Assembly (NCBI GenBank): GCA_028286565.1
Contig: JAQBRH010000004.1
Location: forward strand, 122,168 to 186,167
DNA from: Parcubacteria group bacterium
GTDB taxonomy: Bacteria; Patescibacteriota; Minisyncoccia; Phycocordibacterales; Zambryskibacteraceae
Reading direction: 5' to 3'
DNA: 64,000 nt
Notes under the pieces: model-generated
Seen by the model: the letters and a program-made list of their open reading frames with translations, nothing else
Told to the model about the DNA's origin: nothing
Databases searched by the model: none
Shown: piece by piece, positions 8,975-18,502 of the stretch
Layout of the letters: each line of letters opens with the position of its first letter
How positions within the stretch are numbered: position 1 is the stretch's first letter
Position numbers and translations under genes: made by a program

Positions 8975-9508
8975 CTATGCCGACTTCTTGCCCTGCTTCC
9001 TCTTGATCACTTCGCCGTCGTATCGCATACCCTTGCCTTTATACGGTTCGGGCTTCTTCAAGGCGCGGAGCGAAGCGGCGAACTGGCCGACGGCTTCTTT
9101 GTTGATACCGGAAACAGTGATGAGGTTCTTCTCTGCGGTCACCTTGATCCCGGCCGGGATAGCGACGATAACGGGGTGAGAGAATCCGAGAGCGAGCTGG
9201 ATGGAATCCCCTTTTACCTCTGATTTAAAACCGATGCCTTCGAGAATGAGCTTCTTTTCGAACGGCTTGTTGACCCCTTCGACCATGTTCTTCAAGTGCG
9301 AAGCGTAGGTGCCCCAGAGTGCGCGGGATTCAAGCGTCTCTCGCTTTGGATGGAGGGTAACCAAGTTGCCTTCTACCTTGACCACGATGATCGGATCAAA
9401 GATCTTTGAAAGCTCCCCTCCCGGACCCTTGATGGATACGGTAGAACCCGAGAGATTGATCTCGGTCTTCGGAGGAAGGGTGATGATTTGTTTGCCGATT
9501 CGTGACAT
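8975..9508 (-). CDS. rplF: 50S ribosomal protein L6
   Basis: MSRIGK, PEPYKGKG. Confidence 0.98.
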   Translation of the reverse strand: MSRIGKQIITLPPKTEINLSGSTVSIKGPGGELSKIFDPIIVVKVEGNLVTLHPKRETLESRALWGTYASHLKNMVEGVNKPFEKKLILEGIGFKSEVKGDSIQLALGFSHPVIVAIPAGIKVTAEKNLITVSGINKEAVGQFAASLRALKKPEPYKGKGMRYDGEVIKRKQGKKSA

Positions 9509-9518
9509 AAATATGAAA

Positions 9519-9905
9519 TTACCAGATCGAGAAGAGCACTTCTCCGCCGAGCTTGTTCTTCTTTGCCTCTCGGCCGCTCATGATGCCCTTAGGAGTTGAT
9601 ATGACGAGTGACCCATAGCCGCTCTTGACCGGGCGGATCTCGGACGACTTCTTGTAGACTCGCTTTGAGGTCTTTGAAAGCCGCTTGATCCCTTTGATCT
9701 TTGGAATGCGGTTTTCGAGAATGATGCCGACTTCAAGCACCGGTCGATTATTGGCCATCTTCTTCTCGACCGACTTCACGAACCCTTCGGACTTCAAGAC
9801 GTTTGCGATGTTCTCTTTGACCGCCGAGTATGGGACAACGGCCAAATCTCTGCCGGCCTTGCCTGCATTGGAGAGCTGAACGATCATGTTTGCGATAGGG
9901 TCCAT
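9519..9905 (-). CDS. rpsH: 30S ribosomal protein S8
   Basis: MDPIANM, ISTPKGIM, GGEVL. Confidence 0.97.
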   Translation of the reverse strand: MDPIANMIVQLSNAGKAGRDLAVVPYSAVKENIANVLKSEGFVKSVEKKMANNRPVLEVGIILENRIPKIKGIKRLSKTSKRVYKKSSEIRPVKSGYGSLVISTPKGIMSGREAKKNKLGGEVLFSIW

Positions 9906-9912
9906 AGATGAT

Positions 9913-10098
9913 TTACCAAGAAGCCTTCTTTACTCCGGGGATCTTGCCTTCGTTGGCAAGCTCTCTGAAGCAGATACGGCAGAGACCGAAGTCTCGCATG
10001 AATCCTCGTCCTCGACCGCATCGAAAACAGCGGTGAGTGGCCCGAGTGCTGAATTTCGGGGTCTTTTTGGATCGTGCGATGACTGAGGTCTTTGCCAT
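9913..10098 (-). CDS. rpsN: 30S ribosomal protein S14 type Z
   Basis: [19 protein letters not shown]. Confidence 0.96.
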   Translation of the reverse strand: MAKTSVIARSKKTPKFSTRATHRCFRCGRGRGFMRDFGLCRICFRELANEGKIPGVKKASW

Positions 10099-10222
10099 GT
10101 GAATAGAAAACGGCTTCAAAGCCGATGTGCTAGCTTATCATAGCCAATCCATATATTGCAAGGCCGTTTAGGAAAGGTCTATACTCAAGGGAGACCCCCT
10201 GTTCCCTGTCCTAAGGACCCCC

Positions 10223-10516
10223 GTGAATGTACATATAATTATCGAGCTGGCCCGAGGATTTGAGCCCGAGATCGGGCTTCTAGCCCTGATGTTCGCCTTT
10301 TGGCCCATCCTAGAGAAACCCAAGCCCTGGCTTCCCAAACCAATTTCTCGTCACCCGGACTATCCCATGCTCAGATCGCACGCCGACCTTGTAGCCGAAG
10401 AGGAGGAAGAGAACAAGAAACGCCCAAAGCCGCCCGAAGGCGGTTGTTCATTTCTTCTTTTACTTTTTGAAAGGAAACCCGAGATGTTCAAGGAAGGCTT
10501 GGACTTCCTTCTTTGA
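10223..10516 (+). CDS. hypothetical protein inserted antisense in spc (3' end uncertain)
   Basis: TATACT promoter, AAGGA SD, GTG start; reads through the rplE terminator and overlaps rplE by 57 nt. Confidence 0.4.
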   Translation: MNVHIIIELARGFEPEIGLLALMFAFWPILEKPKPWLPKPISRHPDYPMLRSHADLVAEEEEENKKRPKPPEGGCSFLLLLFERKPEMFKEGLDFLL

Positions 10517-10993
10517 CTTCGCAGTGGTGACGATAGTGATGGCCATGCCGAAAACGTCCTTCAGTTCTTCATCGGCGGTTTCGGGGAAGATGGTGTGCTC
10601 CTTGATGCCGAGGGTGTAGTTCCCCATATCGTCGGCGGCGTCTCGTGAAATGCCACGGAAGTCCTTGGTTCGAGGAAGGGAGATGTGGATCAACTTCTCG
10701 AGGAAGTCGTGCATGCGGGCTCCGCGAAGCGTCACCTGGTAGCCGACGAGGTCTCCCTCGCGTGATTTAAAGTTCGCAATAGCGACCTTGGCGGTTCGGG
10801 CGGCGGCCTTCTGTCCGGTGATCTTTGAAAGGCGGTCTTCGATCAATTTGATCTTGGCCTTGTCCTTCACCGAGCCGACGCCGACGGAAATAACCACCTT
10901 CTTGATCGAAGGAGACTGCATCGGGTTCTTGTAGCCGTGCGTCTTCGTCATCTCCTCATACGCCGACTTAGTTTTGTGTTTAAGAGTTTCCAT
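10460..10993 (-). CDS. rplE: 50S ribosomal protein L5
   Basis: ITGQK, VTLRG.RM, LPRTKDFRG, EHTIFPE. Confidence 0.98.
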   Translation of the reverse strand: METLKHKTKSAYEEMTKTHGYKNPMQSPSIKKVVISVGVGSVKDKAKIKLIEDRLSKITGQKAAARTAKVAIANFKSREGDLVGYQVTLRGARMHDFLEKLIHISLPRTKDFRGISRDAADDMGNYTLGIKEHTIFPETADEELKDVFGMAITIVTTAKSKKEVQAFLEHLGFPFKK

Positions 10994-10998
10994 TTTAT

Positions 10999-11307
10999 TT
11001 ATTCGATACTTGCTCCGGACTTTTTCGAAACGCGGACCATTTTCTCTCCTACTTTCTTCATCCCTACTCGAGTAGGCTTTTTGGTTTTTGGATCAAGGAT
11101 CGAGACGAGTGAGACGTGCATCGGATACGACTTCTCGATGATCTGGCCCTTCACCCCGGACTTCGTGGCCTTCTTGTGGACCTTGCGGATGTTCATCCCT
11201 TCGATCAAGACCTTCATTTCTTTAGGCAGCGCCTTCAAGACCTTGCCGGTCTTGCCTTTGTCTTTGCCTCCTCGAACTATGACTGTGTCTCCTTTTTTGA
11301 TCTTCAT
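10999..11307 (-). CDS. rplX: 50S ribosomal protein L24
   Basis: IKKGD.V.V..GKDKGK.G. Confidence 0.97.
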   Translation of the reverse strand: MKIKKGDTVIVRGGKDKGKTGKVLKALPKEMKVLIEGMNIRKVHKKATKSGVKGQIIEKSYPMHVSLVSILDPKTKKPTRVGMKKVGEKMVRVSKKSGASIE

Positions 11308-11334
11308 AAATTTATTTATAGTGAGGGTCTCGAA

Positions 11335-11706
11335 CTATACGACCTCCGGGGCTAGAGAGATGATCTTCTGGAATCCCCTTTCTCCGATCTCCCGAGGGAT
11401 AGGTCCGAAGACGCGTCCGGCCTGTGGTTCTTTCTTGGCCTTATCCAAGATGACCACCGCGTTCTCATCAAAGCGAACATACGAGCCGTCCTTCCTGCGG
11501 AAAGGCGCCTTCTGGCGAACGACAACCGCATAGAGGACATCCTTTTTCTTCACCGCCTTTCGAGGCTCGGCCTTCTGGATCGAGAGAACGACGATGTCTC
11601 CGAGCTGCGCATAGCGCTTCTTCGAGCTGCCGAGCACCTTGAACACTCGTCCGATCTTTCCTCCGGAGTTGTCAGCGATCTCGACGATGGTCTGGGGCTG
11701 TACCAT
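11335..11706 (-). CDS. rplN: 50S ribosomal protein L14
   Basis: ADNSG, RFDENA, SLAPEVV. Confidence 0.98.
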   Translation of the reverse strand: MVQPQTIVEIADNSGGKIGRVFKVLGSSKKRYAQLGDIVVLSIQKAEPRKAVKKKDVLYAVVVRQKAPFRRKDGSYVRFDENAVVILDKAKKEPQAGRVFGPIPREIGERGFQKIISLAPEVV

Positions 11707-11712
11707 AAATAG

Positions 11713-11952
11713 TTATATGACTTTGAATTTCTTGTCCTTGGAGATCGGCTTGGTCTCCGCGATGCGGACCTTCTCGCCGATCCGCTTGGTGTTGCCGGCG
11801 TCGTGGGCCTTGAACTTCTTCTTGTGCTTCACGAACTTGCCGTATTTCGGATGCTTCTCGTAGCGTTCGATCAAGACGACGATAGTGTCCTTCATCTTGT
11901 CCGAGACGACAACTCCTTCGAAGATCTTTGTTTTTGTAGCTTTAGCTTCCAT
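11713..11952 (-). CDS. rpsQ: 30S ribosomal protein S17
   Basis: GVVVSDKM.DT, HPKYGK, ETKPISK. Confidence 0.97.
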   Translation of the reverse strand: MEAKATKTKIFEGVVVSDKMKDTIVVLIERYEKHPKYGKFVKHKKKFKAHDAGNTKRIGEKVRIAETKPISKDKKFKVI

Positions 11953-11953
11953 A

Positions 11954-12136
11954 TTATTTGTTGCGATTGAGCTCGGTCATGATGCGGGCGATATCCTTCT
12001 TTGCCTCTCGGCCGGCCTTCACATTCTTCTTCGCGCCCGAAGCTCCGAAGCGGAAATCCCGGAGAGCGACTCGCTTGTCCGCGAGGGCTTTCTGGAGTTC
12101 AGGGGCGGCTTTGCCGATGTATGAGGTCTTTTTCAT
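11954..12136 (-). CDS. rpmC: 50S ribosomal protein L29
   Basis: FRF...KKDIARI.TE; position between rplP and rpsQ. Confidence 0.9.
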   Translation of the reverse strand: MKKTSYIGKAAPELQKALADKRVALRDFRFGASGAKKNVKAGREAKKDIARIMTELNRNK

Positions 12137-12141
12137 AGTAG

Positions 12142-12561
12142 TTATATGCGGGCAACGATCTTCGTCTTGACGGGCAACTTAGTACCGGCCTTTCGAAGGG
12201 CTTCCTTGGCCACAGCCTCGGGAACTCCGTCGACCTCAAAGAGGATCCGGCCGGCTCGAACGGCGGCTACATAGCCTTCAAGTTCTCCCTTACCCTTTCC
12301 GAGCTTCACTTCTGCAGGTTTTTTAGTATACGGCATGTCGGGGAAAATGCGAATCCAGAGGCGGCCGGACTTCCCGATCGATCGAGAGAGCACTTTTCGA
12401 GCGGCTTCGATCTGGTTCGAGCGGATCCTCTGGGGAGCCATGGCCTTCAAGCCGAAAGATCCGAAAGCGACGGTCACTCCGCGGGTATCGGCGCCGACCT
12501 TTAGAGGGTTCTTCCTCATCGTGTGCCACTTTCTGAATTTAACTTTCTTTGGGAACAGCAT
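12142..12561 (-). CDS. rplP: 50S ribosomal protein L16
   Basis: PKKVKFRK, QIEAAR, WIRIFPD.P.TKKP.E. Confidence 0.98.
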   Translation of the reverse strand: MLFPKKVKFRKWHTMRKNPLKVGADTRGVTVAFGSFGLKAMAPQRIRSNQIEAARKVLSRSIGKSGRLWIRIFPDMPYTKKPAEVKLGKGKGELEGYVAAVRAGRILFEVDGVPEAVAKEALRKAGTKLPVKTKIVARI

Positions 12562-12572
12562 GATAGTGAATA

Positions 12573-13250
12573 TTATTTCTGAACGTTAGCGTCCTTTTCG
12601 AAAATATCTCCCTTGTAGATCCAGACCTTCACGCCGAGAGTACCGTACGGCATGATCGCTCGAGTCGAGGCATAGTCCACGTCCGCGCGGAAGGTCTGGA
12701 GAGGGATCCGGCCGAGCTTTCTGTCTTCGGTTCGGCTCATGGTCGCTCCGCCGAGTCGTCCGGCGAGGAAGATGCGGACTCCGAGGACATCGCGGTTCGC
12801 CATGACCTTTTCGAGCGTCGACTTCATGACGCGCCTGAATGGGAGGCGTTTCTCAAGGCCTTCAACTACCATCTGGGAGACGATGGCGGCGTTCGATTCT
12901 GGCGAGCGGACTTCTTTTATGTCGAGCTTGAGGTCGACCTTCGCATCATAGAGCTTATGCTTTATCAAAAGCTTCTTCACGTCTTCACGGAGCTTGGTGG
13001 CGCCGTCTCCCTGTCGGCCGATGATCATACCGGGACGAGAGGTGCCGATGATGACGCGGAGGGCCTTTTGATTGCGTTCGATCTCTATATCGGATACAAA
13101 AAATCCCTTGAGCTTCTTTTCAAGGAACTGGCGAATAAGGACATCCCCCTTGAGGAATTCCTGATATTTGCCCTTAGGAGAGAACCATCGTGACTTCCAG
13201 TCGCGGAGGATACCAAGGCGGTGTGAATATGGATGTACTGTGTGGGACAT
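12573..13250 (-). CDS. rpsC: 30S ribosomal protein S3
   Basis: HP..RLG...W.SRW, RPG.IIGR.G, GRIPLQT.RA. Confidence 0.98.
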   Translation of the reverse strand: MSHTVHPYSHRLGILRDWKSRWFSPKGKYQEFLKGDVLIRQFLEKKLKGFFVSDIEIERNQKALRVIIGTSRPGMIIGRQGDGATKLREDVKKLLIKHKLYDAKVDLKLDIKEVRSPESNAAIVSQMVVEGLEKRLPFRRVMKSTLEKVMANRDVLGVRIFLAGRLGGATMSRTEDRKLGRIPLQTFRADVDYASTRAIMPYGTLGVKVWIYKGDIFEKDANVQK

Positions 13251-13251
13251 A

Positions 13252-13626
13252 TTATTTTGAAATTTTCTTCGAAGACTTCTTCTCTTTCTTCGGTGCTCCT
13301 TCCGCAAGGATCACGTTCACGTGAGCAGTTCGCTTCCTAAGGACGAATGCTCGGCCTCGGGACATCGGCAGGCGCCTATAGAGGATCTTTCCTCCGTCGA
13401 CCCTGATCTCCTTGACCACGAGGTTGTCGAGCGAGAGCTCGAGGTTCTTGGCATTGGCCAGGGCGGACGCGAGGAGCTTCTGGAGAGGGGCGGCGGCGCG
13501 CTTTGGGACGAACGACAGGGTGACCAAAGCATCCTCGACCTTTTGGCCGCGGACCATGTCAGCCACCACTCGGACCTTGCGAGGAGACTGTCGATAATCT
13601 GAAAGTGTAGCTTTTGCTTCGGCCAT
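13252..13626 (-). CDS. rplV: 50S ribosomal protein L22
   Basis: RQSPRKVR.VAD, SALANA. Confidence 0.97.
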   Translation of the reverse strand: MAEAKATLSDYRQSPRKVRVVADMVRGQKVEDALVTLSFVPKRAAAPLQKLLASALANAKNLELSLDNLVVKEIRVDGGKILYRRLPMSRGRAFVLRKRTAHVNVILAEGAPKKEKKSSKKISK

Positions 13627-13631
13627 AATGG

Positions 13632-13970
13632 TTATTTCTTATCTGCGGACCCCTTGGCGGCCTTAGCGGCGGAGACTTCTGCCTCCTTTTTCTTGATCTC
13701 GAGGTCCTTTTGCATCTTTCCTCCGTGCTTGGTGAACTTCCTGGTGAGGGAGAACTCTCCGAGTCTGTGGCCGACCATGTCTTCGCTCACGAAGACCTCG
13801 ATATGGTCCTTGCCGTTGTGGACGCCGAAAGTAAACCCGACCATCTCAGGAGCGATCTGCGAGGCTCGGGCCCAGGTCTTGATAACACCGGTTGTACCGG
13901 GTTTCTTGCCCTCTATCTTTTTAAGGACGCGAGGGTCGACATATGGGCCTTTTTTGCTTGATCGTGTCAT
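13632..13970 (-). CDS. rpsS: 30S ribosomal protein S19
   Basis: [21 protein letters not shown]. Confidence 0.98.
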   Translation of the reverse strand: MTRSSKKGPYVDPRVLKKIEGKKPGTTGVIKTWARASQIAPEMVGFTFGVHNGKDHIEVFVSEDMVGHRLGEFSLTRKFTKHGGKMQKDLEIKKKEAEVSAAKAAKGSADKK

Positions 13971-14006
13971 GAGAAATAAAGAAAGCTCGCACGAGCTTCG
14001 GGAAAT

Positions 14007-14035
14007 ATAGTATAGAAATCAGGCTTTAATGTCAA
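14007..14035 (-). promoter_or_regulatory. sigma70-type promoter for the rpsS-rplE block
   Basis: TTGACA-17 nt-TACTAT upstream of rpsS. Confidence 0.8.
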
Positions 14036-14066
14036 ATTGGGCCTCTCTGCATGCTATGATATCCGC

Positions 14067-15473
14067 ATGGATTCGGACCGCATGAGGTTAAAAGCTCTCG
14101 AAAGGGAAAAACTCGAGAAGGAAAAGGCTATCCATCCTGAGTTTTTCCCCGAGCAGGCCTGGGTGGACGATAAAGAACTCCTCGAAACCTTGGGTATTCA
14201 TATACCGAACAAGGAGAACCTCCCAAGTGCTTATCTCAAGCTCCTTCCGAGTGACTTCATAGTGGAAGAAGAAACCCAGACCGGGTACCAAACTGACACC
14301 CTCCCTGAACGTACTGCCCTAACAGGAGAAGATGGAGGCACTGTGTATGCGACGCTCGTCAAATGCGGGCTTTCGACCATTGAAGCGGTGGATGAGCTGG
14401 CTAAGCTTTTGAACACAACCAAAGACAAGATCCAGTACGCCGGCATCAAAGACAAGGACGCCGTCACCTCTCAAGAAATTTCTTTTAGAGGCTCTTCGCT
14501 TGAAGCGATAAAGAATATGCGCTCTCCCCATTTCTTCCTCAAGGATGTACGCCCGGGCAAGGGCATCGTGATGCGAGGAGGACTTAACGCAAATAGATTT
14601 ACTATCCTCCTGCGAATAGGAGAAGACATGGAAGATAAGGCTAAGATGAAAAATGCCCTCGAAGCTCTTGAGAGGGTAAAGAATGAAGGGTTTTATAATT
14701 ATTTTTATCTTCAAAGGTTCGGTTCTCCGCGTCTCAATAACTACAAATGGGGGCTTTCTATACTTAAGGGTGACTACGAAAAGGCTGTTCGAGGGCTTAT
14801 CTCGGATCCGGGACTTCGAGAGATACCGTTTTTCTTGAAACAAAGAGAGGAGATCATCGCTCTGGCTCCCGATTGGGCCAAGGTGCTCGCCCGACTGAAT
14901 GAATTCCCTCTCGTCTTCCCTAGCGAGATCAGGGTAGTAGGGCATCTCGTGCAAAAACCGACCGATTTTCTTGGAGCTCTGATGAAGATCGAGGAGCAAG
15001 TTGTACTCTGGGTAAGCGCGGTCGCGTCTCTCATGTATAACCGCAAAGTGAGCGCATACCTCATGGCAGGAATGGAACCCCCCCGCACGCTCCCCCTCTT
15101 CCTCAGTCCGGACAAGAACGATTGGCTGCCCTATATGGAAGATATGGAAAATGTGGGGATCTTCCCTCCTAACTTCAATACTCTTCGGTCATTCCAGCGA
15201 ATATCCATTATGCATAAAGAGATAGAAACCAAGGACAAACCGAAGATCCATGCGGCAGAGGTCATCGCCGAAGGGATCGTGGTCAATTTTTCTCTTGGAA
15301 AAGGAGAATACGCGACCACTTTCCTCTCTCATTTCGTAAATTTATTGAACGGCTGGCCTCCGAAAGAAATGAATGGCGAGATCATCGACCTCAAAAAGCA
15401 TTTGGGCCAAGAACCTCTTGAAAAGACTCTCAAGTATTTCGAGACTGTAAATCTATCCAAGAAAAACGAGTAA
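14067..15473 (+). CDS. truD: tRNA pseudouridine(13) synthase TruD
   Basis: DFIVEE, YAGIKDKDAVTSQ, N.F..QRFG, F.L.KG.YAT. Confidence 0.92.
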   Translation: MDSDRMRLKALEREKLEKEKAIHPEFFPEQAWVDDKELLETLGIHIPNKENLPSAYLKLLPSDFIVEEETQTGYQTDTLPERTALTGEDGGTVYATLVKCGLSTIEAVDELAKLLNTTKDKIQYAGIKDKDAVTSQEISFRGSSLEAIKNMRSPHFFLKDVRPGKGIVMRGGLNANRFTILLRIGEDMEDKAKMKNALEALERVKNEGFYNYFYLQRFGSPRLNNYKWGLSILKGDYEKAVRGLISDPGLREIPFFLKQREEIIALAPDWAKVLARLNEFPLVFPSEIRVVGHLVQKPTDFLGALMKIEEQVVLWVSAVASLMYNRKVSAYLMAGMEPPRTLPLFLSPDKNDWLPYMEDMENVGIFPPNFNTLRSFQRISIMHKEIETKDKPKIHAAEVIAEGIVVNFSLGKGEYATTFLSHFVNLLNGWPPKEMNGEIIDLKKHLGQEPLEKTLKYFETVNLSKKNE

Positions 15474-15477
15474 AAGA

Positions 15478-15505
15478 AGAGGCCGAACCCGTAGGTTCGG
15501 CCTTT
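15478..15505. terminator. bidirectional terminator
   Basis: AGGCCGAACC-CGTA-GGTTCGGCCT between convergent genes. Confidence 0.8.
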
Positions 15506-15528
15506 GTCCATTGAAGGACCCTTCTCAC

Positions 15529-16095
15529 TTACTGAACTGCCGCCGCGTGACGACTGTCCATCTCGGCGTCAGCCGGCCGGTCGATGCGCTCGATCCCGGC
15601 GGGAACTCGCTTCTCGTTCGTGAAGAAGAACTTCACGAGGACAAGCTTGATCTCGTCGAGCCGGACACCGTCGGTAACCGGGCCTTCGAAGCCGGCAGGG
15701 ACGATGCCGAGTACGTCATCGCGAACGGTGACGTTCTGCTTCGGCGAGCCCTGTTGGACACCGACGAAGTTGATCGTCAGCACGCCGTTCGGATTCAGCC
15801 AGATGTGGCAGAACCAGGGCGTCGATGCGAGGTCGCGAAGCGCTTCGGTCGTCGCACGGCTGAGCTCCGCGATCGGAGTGCCAGCCGGCGAGTACGCGAG
15901 TGTGACAACGAACTTGGTAGTGGCGCCTTCCTTCTGCTGCTTGTGCATCTGAGCGCGATCGAGGCCAAAGCCTGCGTTCGTGAGTGCTCGACGGACGAGC
16001 TCTGCGCTCACCATCTTCTCGTTGTTGTAGATCTGCACACCGGTGTCGACGCGTCCATCGCGGATACGTCCGACTGCTGCGAGATTCTCGGTCAT
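15529..16095 (-). CDS. hypothetical protein
   Basis: 188 aa; TTGACA-17-TATGAT promoter, GGAGG SD. Confidence 0.7.
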   Translation of the reverse strand: MTENLAAVGRIRDGRVDTGVQIYNNEKMVSAELVRRALTNAGFGLDRAQMHKQQKEGATTKFVVTLAYSPAGTPIAELSRATTEALRDLASTPWFCHIWLNPNGVLTINFVGVQQGSPKQNVTVRDDVLGIVPAGFEGPVTDGVRLDEIKLVLVKFFFTNEKRVPAGIERIDRPADAEMDSRHAAAVQ

Positions 16096-16273
16096 GCGAC
16101 TTCCTCCGGGCTTCTGCCCTAGTGGTAAGTGAGGAGTGAATGTACATCAGGTACCTGCCTGATTTGTTAATCATATCATATTCAATACCCAATGTCAAGA
16201 ACAACTAAGGCGCAGAAAAGGGCCCAACTGGGCCCTTTTCCGGCTATTTCGGTATTATCTAGCGTATACCGAG

Positions 16274-16963
16274 TTAGCGCTTGTCGCTCATTTCGCCGCG
16301 AACGCGTTCGATGAAGCGTCCTGCCGCTTCCTGTCCGCCGAGGCCGAAGGAGAGGCCAAGGGCAAGAGAGATAGCGATCACGATGCCTGTGAAGAGAGTT
16401 TGCGAGAATGCCGCTGCGATACCAAGCTGTGAAAGAGCGACGAGGATGGTGAAGATCCAGATTGCCCACTTGGCGATCGTGCCTGCGAAGTGCGCTGAGG
16501 TGATCTGAGCGCTCTTTGCTGCGGTGACGACCACTCGGTCGACCACATCCCCTACCACGCCTCCGACGAGGAGGATGAGGGCTGCGACGATAACACGAGG
16601 GAGGTACGCAATGACAACGTCCTGGAGGAATACGTTGACCTGGTTAAGGCCGAGGACGTTGAAGGCTGCGATAAGGAACACGAGGATCACGAACCACTTG
16701 ACGAGACCGCCGATGAAGGCGCCTGAGTCGAGGTTCATGCCGCTTCGTCGAAGGAATGTTTCAAATCCTGCTCGGCGAAGCGCTTCGTCAACACGGAGAG
16801 ATCGGAACACCTGCCAGATCGCTCGGCCAAAGAGTGCGCCGATGAGCCATCCCAAGATGAGGATGATGATCGCGATAATAAGGTTTGGAACAAAGCTGAC
16901 GATCCCTAACCAAAGATTTTGGAAGGAAAGAGTCAATACTTGTCCCCATGTAGTCATAATCAT
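16274..16963 (-). CDS. TM-helix-repeat membrane protein (CmpX/MscS-N-like)
   Basis: repeated (F/Y)LP.I..A.IL helices; ALGLSFGLGG. Confidence 0.8.
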   Translation of the reverse strand: MIMTTWGQVLTLSFQNLWLGIVSFVPNLIIAIIILILGWLIGALFGRAIWQVFRSLRVDEALRRAGFETFLRRSGMNLDSGAFIGGLVKWFVILVFLIAAFNVLGLNQVNVFLQDVVIAYLPRVIVAALILLVGGVVGDVVDRVVVTAAKSAQITSAHFAGTIAKWAIWIFTILVALSQLGIAAAFSQTLFTGIVIAISLALGLSFGLGGQEAAGRFIERVRGEMSDKR

Positions 16964-17079
16964 ATATTCTGGACTGTAGACCGTTACTTATTAATTACCA
17001 CCCGATGTGGTTATGCCCTATTATACACCTCTATTTCTGATTTAAATCAACTCTTGGCCCGACTGTGGATAGGAATCGC

Positions 17080-17640
17080 CTAGAGCCCGAGTTTGTTGTG
17101 GATCTTCTTGTGGTTAAAATCGAGAATATCGCGGACAAGCTTGTCGTAGAGGCCCAAGCGATAGTGGAAATCGGCGGTCTCAAAAGCCGCATAGCGGATC
17201 TCTCGGCCAAGTTCGGCTTCGATCGACTCTATGGCGTGGATAAGGATCCCCTTCTTCAAATGGTCGCCGACAACAAGGAGGTCGACCCGAGCTTCGGGGT
17301 CATGAAGGAATACGCCGGAGATGAGCACGAGCTTGAGGGCGCCGCCGCGGGCCAGCTTTTTTATGAGCTCCTTTTCGGTGATCGGGGTCGCATCGACGAG
17401 GAAATGCTCGAGGGGCTTTAGGTATCTGTATACGGTGTTCAAGGTGTAGCCCTTGGCCCTCTTCCTGATGAGGCCGGAGCGGTGGAGATTTCTGATCTCT
17501 CGGGCGACGAGCGGGCGTCGTTCTTGGGTTCGTTCGGCGACGGTCCCGGCATCATAGACGGAGCCCGGATTAAAGACAAAGAGGCGCATGATCTTTACTT
17601 TAGCCTCTCCGCCGAATATCTGAGCAACCGATTTGGTCAT
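17080..17640 (-). CDS. winged-helix plus nucleotidyltransferase-like protein
   Basis: N-terminal wHTH; SG.F...VDLLVVG, LGREI.Y. Confidence 0.7.
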   Translation of the reverse strand: MTKSVAQIFGGEAKVKIMRLFVFNPGSVYDAGTVAERTQERRPLVAREIRNLHRSGLIRKRAKGYTLNTVYRYLKPLEHFLVDATPITEKELIKKLARGGALKLVLISGVFLHDPEARVDLLVVGDHLKKGILIHAIESIEAELGREIRYAAFETADFHYRLGLYDKLVRDILDFNHKKIHNKLGL

Positions 17641-17724
17641 GGGGCCATTCTACACATATCCCCTGCGAGGCGCCAGGGCAATAAAAAGCTGGCATAAATT
17701 GCCAGCTACCCCTTCCGATTTGGT

Positions 17725-18177
17725 TCAGGTTCCAAATATAGCGTTGACTAGTCTCCTGGCATCAGCATCTCGAGCAGCATCGGCATCTCGAGCGGCATGA
17801 GCAACCTGAGCTTGCCACCTTATGGCATCTTGAGCCCAGCCGCAAGGCACATACAAATGCTCAGGCTTGAAGTCATTGCAGAGTTTGGCTAGGTTATCGA
17901 CCTTCACCTTAACGAAATCGATCTGCTTTTGCTCCTGATCGAAAGTCATGACCCACAGTTCCTTGCGCACTTTGCCTTTGTTCTCGAGATGCATCCTGCG
18001 TGTGTCGAGCAGAACGTGTGCACTCTCGGTGGTCTGCACCAGTCCTCTACTACGTAACAACTCCCAGACTTCGCTTAGAAGACACCACCCCCAGTAGGCC
18101 ATCTTTCCCGCACGTTCGAATTCGTCTGAATTACCGTGGAGGTGATATGTCTGGGGTAACACCGGAAGAAGTTGCAC
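17725..18177 (-). CDS. hypothetical protein
   Basis: 150 aa, GTG start with AGGAAGG SD; AARDAD tandem duplication near the C-terminus. Confidence 0.55.
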   Translation of the reverse strand: MQLLPVLPQTYHLHGNSDEFERAGKMAYWGWCLLSEVWELLRSRGLVQTTESAHVLLDTRRMHLENKGKVRKELWVMTFDQEQKQIDFVKVKVDNLAKLCNDFKPEHLYVPCGWAQDAIRWQAQVAHAARDADAARDADARRLVNAIFGT

Positions 18178-18277
18178 GATGGATCCTTCCTGCCTTGGGC
18201 AGGTGGCTTAAGGATAATGGGTGCACGGGGTGTGCAGTCCGAAAATTAAAATATCACAACATTATAGGTTAGTCAAC

Positions 18278-18304
18278 ACAAAACCCCGCCATGCGGGGTT
18301 TTGT
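18278..18304. terminator. terminator downstream of rplL
   Basis: ACAAAACCCCGC-CAT-GCGGGGTTTTGT. Confidence 0.8.
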
Positions 18305-18350
18305 CCCCTCTCCCTACCTAGGAGAGGGGAGACACGGCGTACGGGTGAGG
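18305..18350. repeat. BoxC-like palindromic repeat, copy 1
   Basis: CCCCTCTCC..CTAGGAGAGGGG..GGGTGAGG; second copy at 21148-21183. Confidence 0.6.
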
Positions 18351-18377
18351 TTATTTGAGTGTTACTTTTCCACCAGC
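18351..18377 (-). pseudogene. displaced duplicate of the rplL 3' end (AGGKVTLK*)
   Basis: GCT GGT GGA AAA GTA ACA CTC AAA TAA versus rplL GCT GGA GGA AAA GTT ACT TTA AAG TAA. Confidence 0.85.
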
Positions 18378-18502
18378 CGTCGTCGCAAGCTCCTCCTTAA
18401 GAACCCTCGGTTCTCAACGAAAAATGCCCATATGGGCATTTTTCTGCTTTCCTCCACGGGAGACCAGATGTTCTCCCGACCCCTCTCAAGCTGTCGTAAA
18501 AG
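18378..18502. mobile_element. 125-bp structured non-coding insertion or att-type scar at the rplL 3' end
   Basis: lies between the two rplL ends; 26-bp perfect palindrome plus two hairpins; AGC(C/T)GTCGT near both ends. Confidence 0.55.

Noticed and set aside
17757-17797. 18-bp tandem duplication (AARDAD x2)
   Set aside because: Simple slippage repeat within an orphan CDS.
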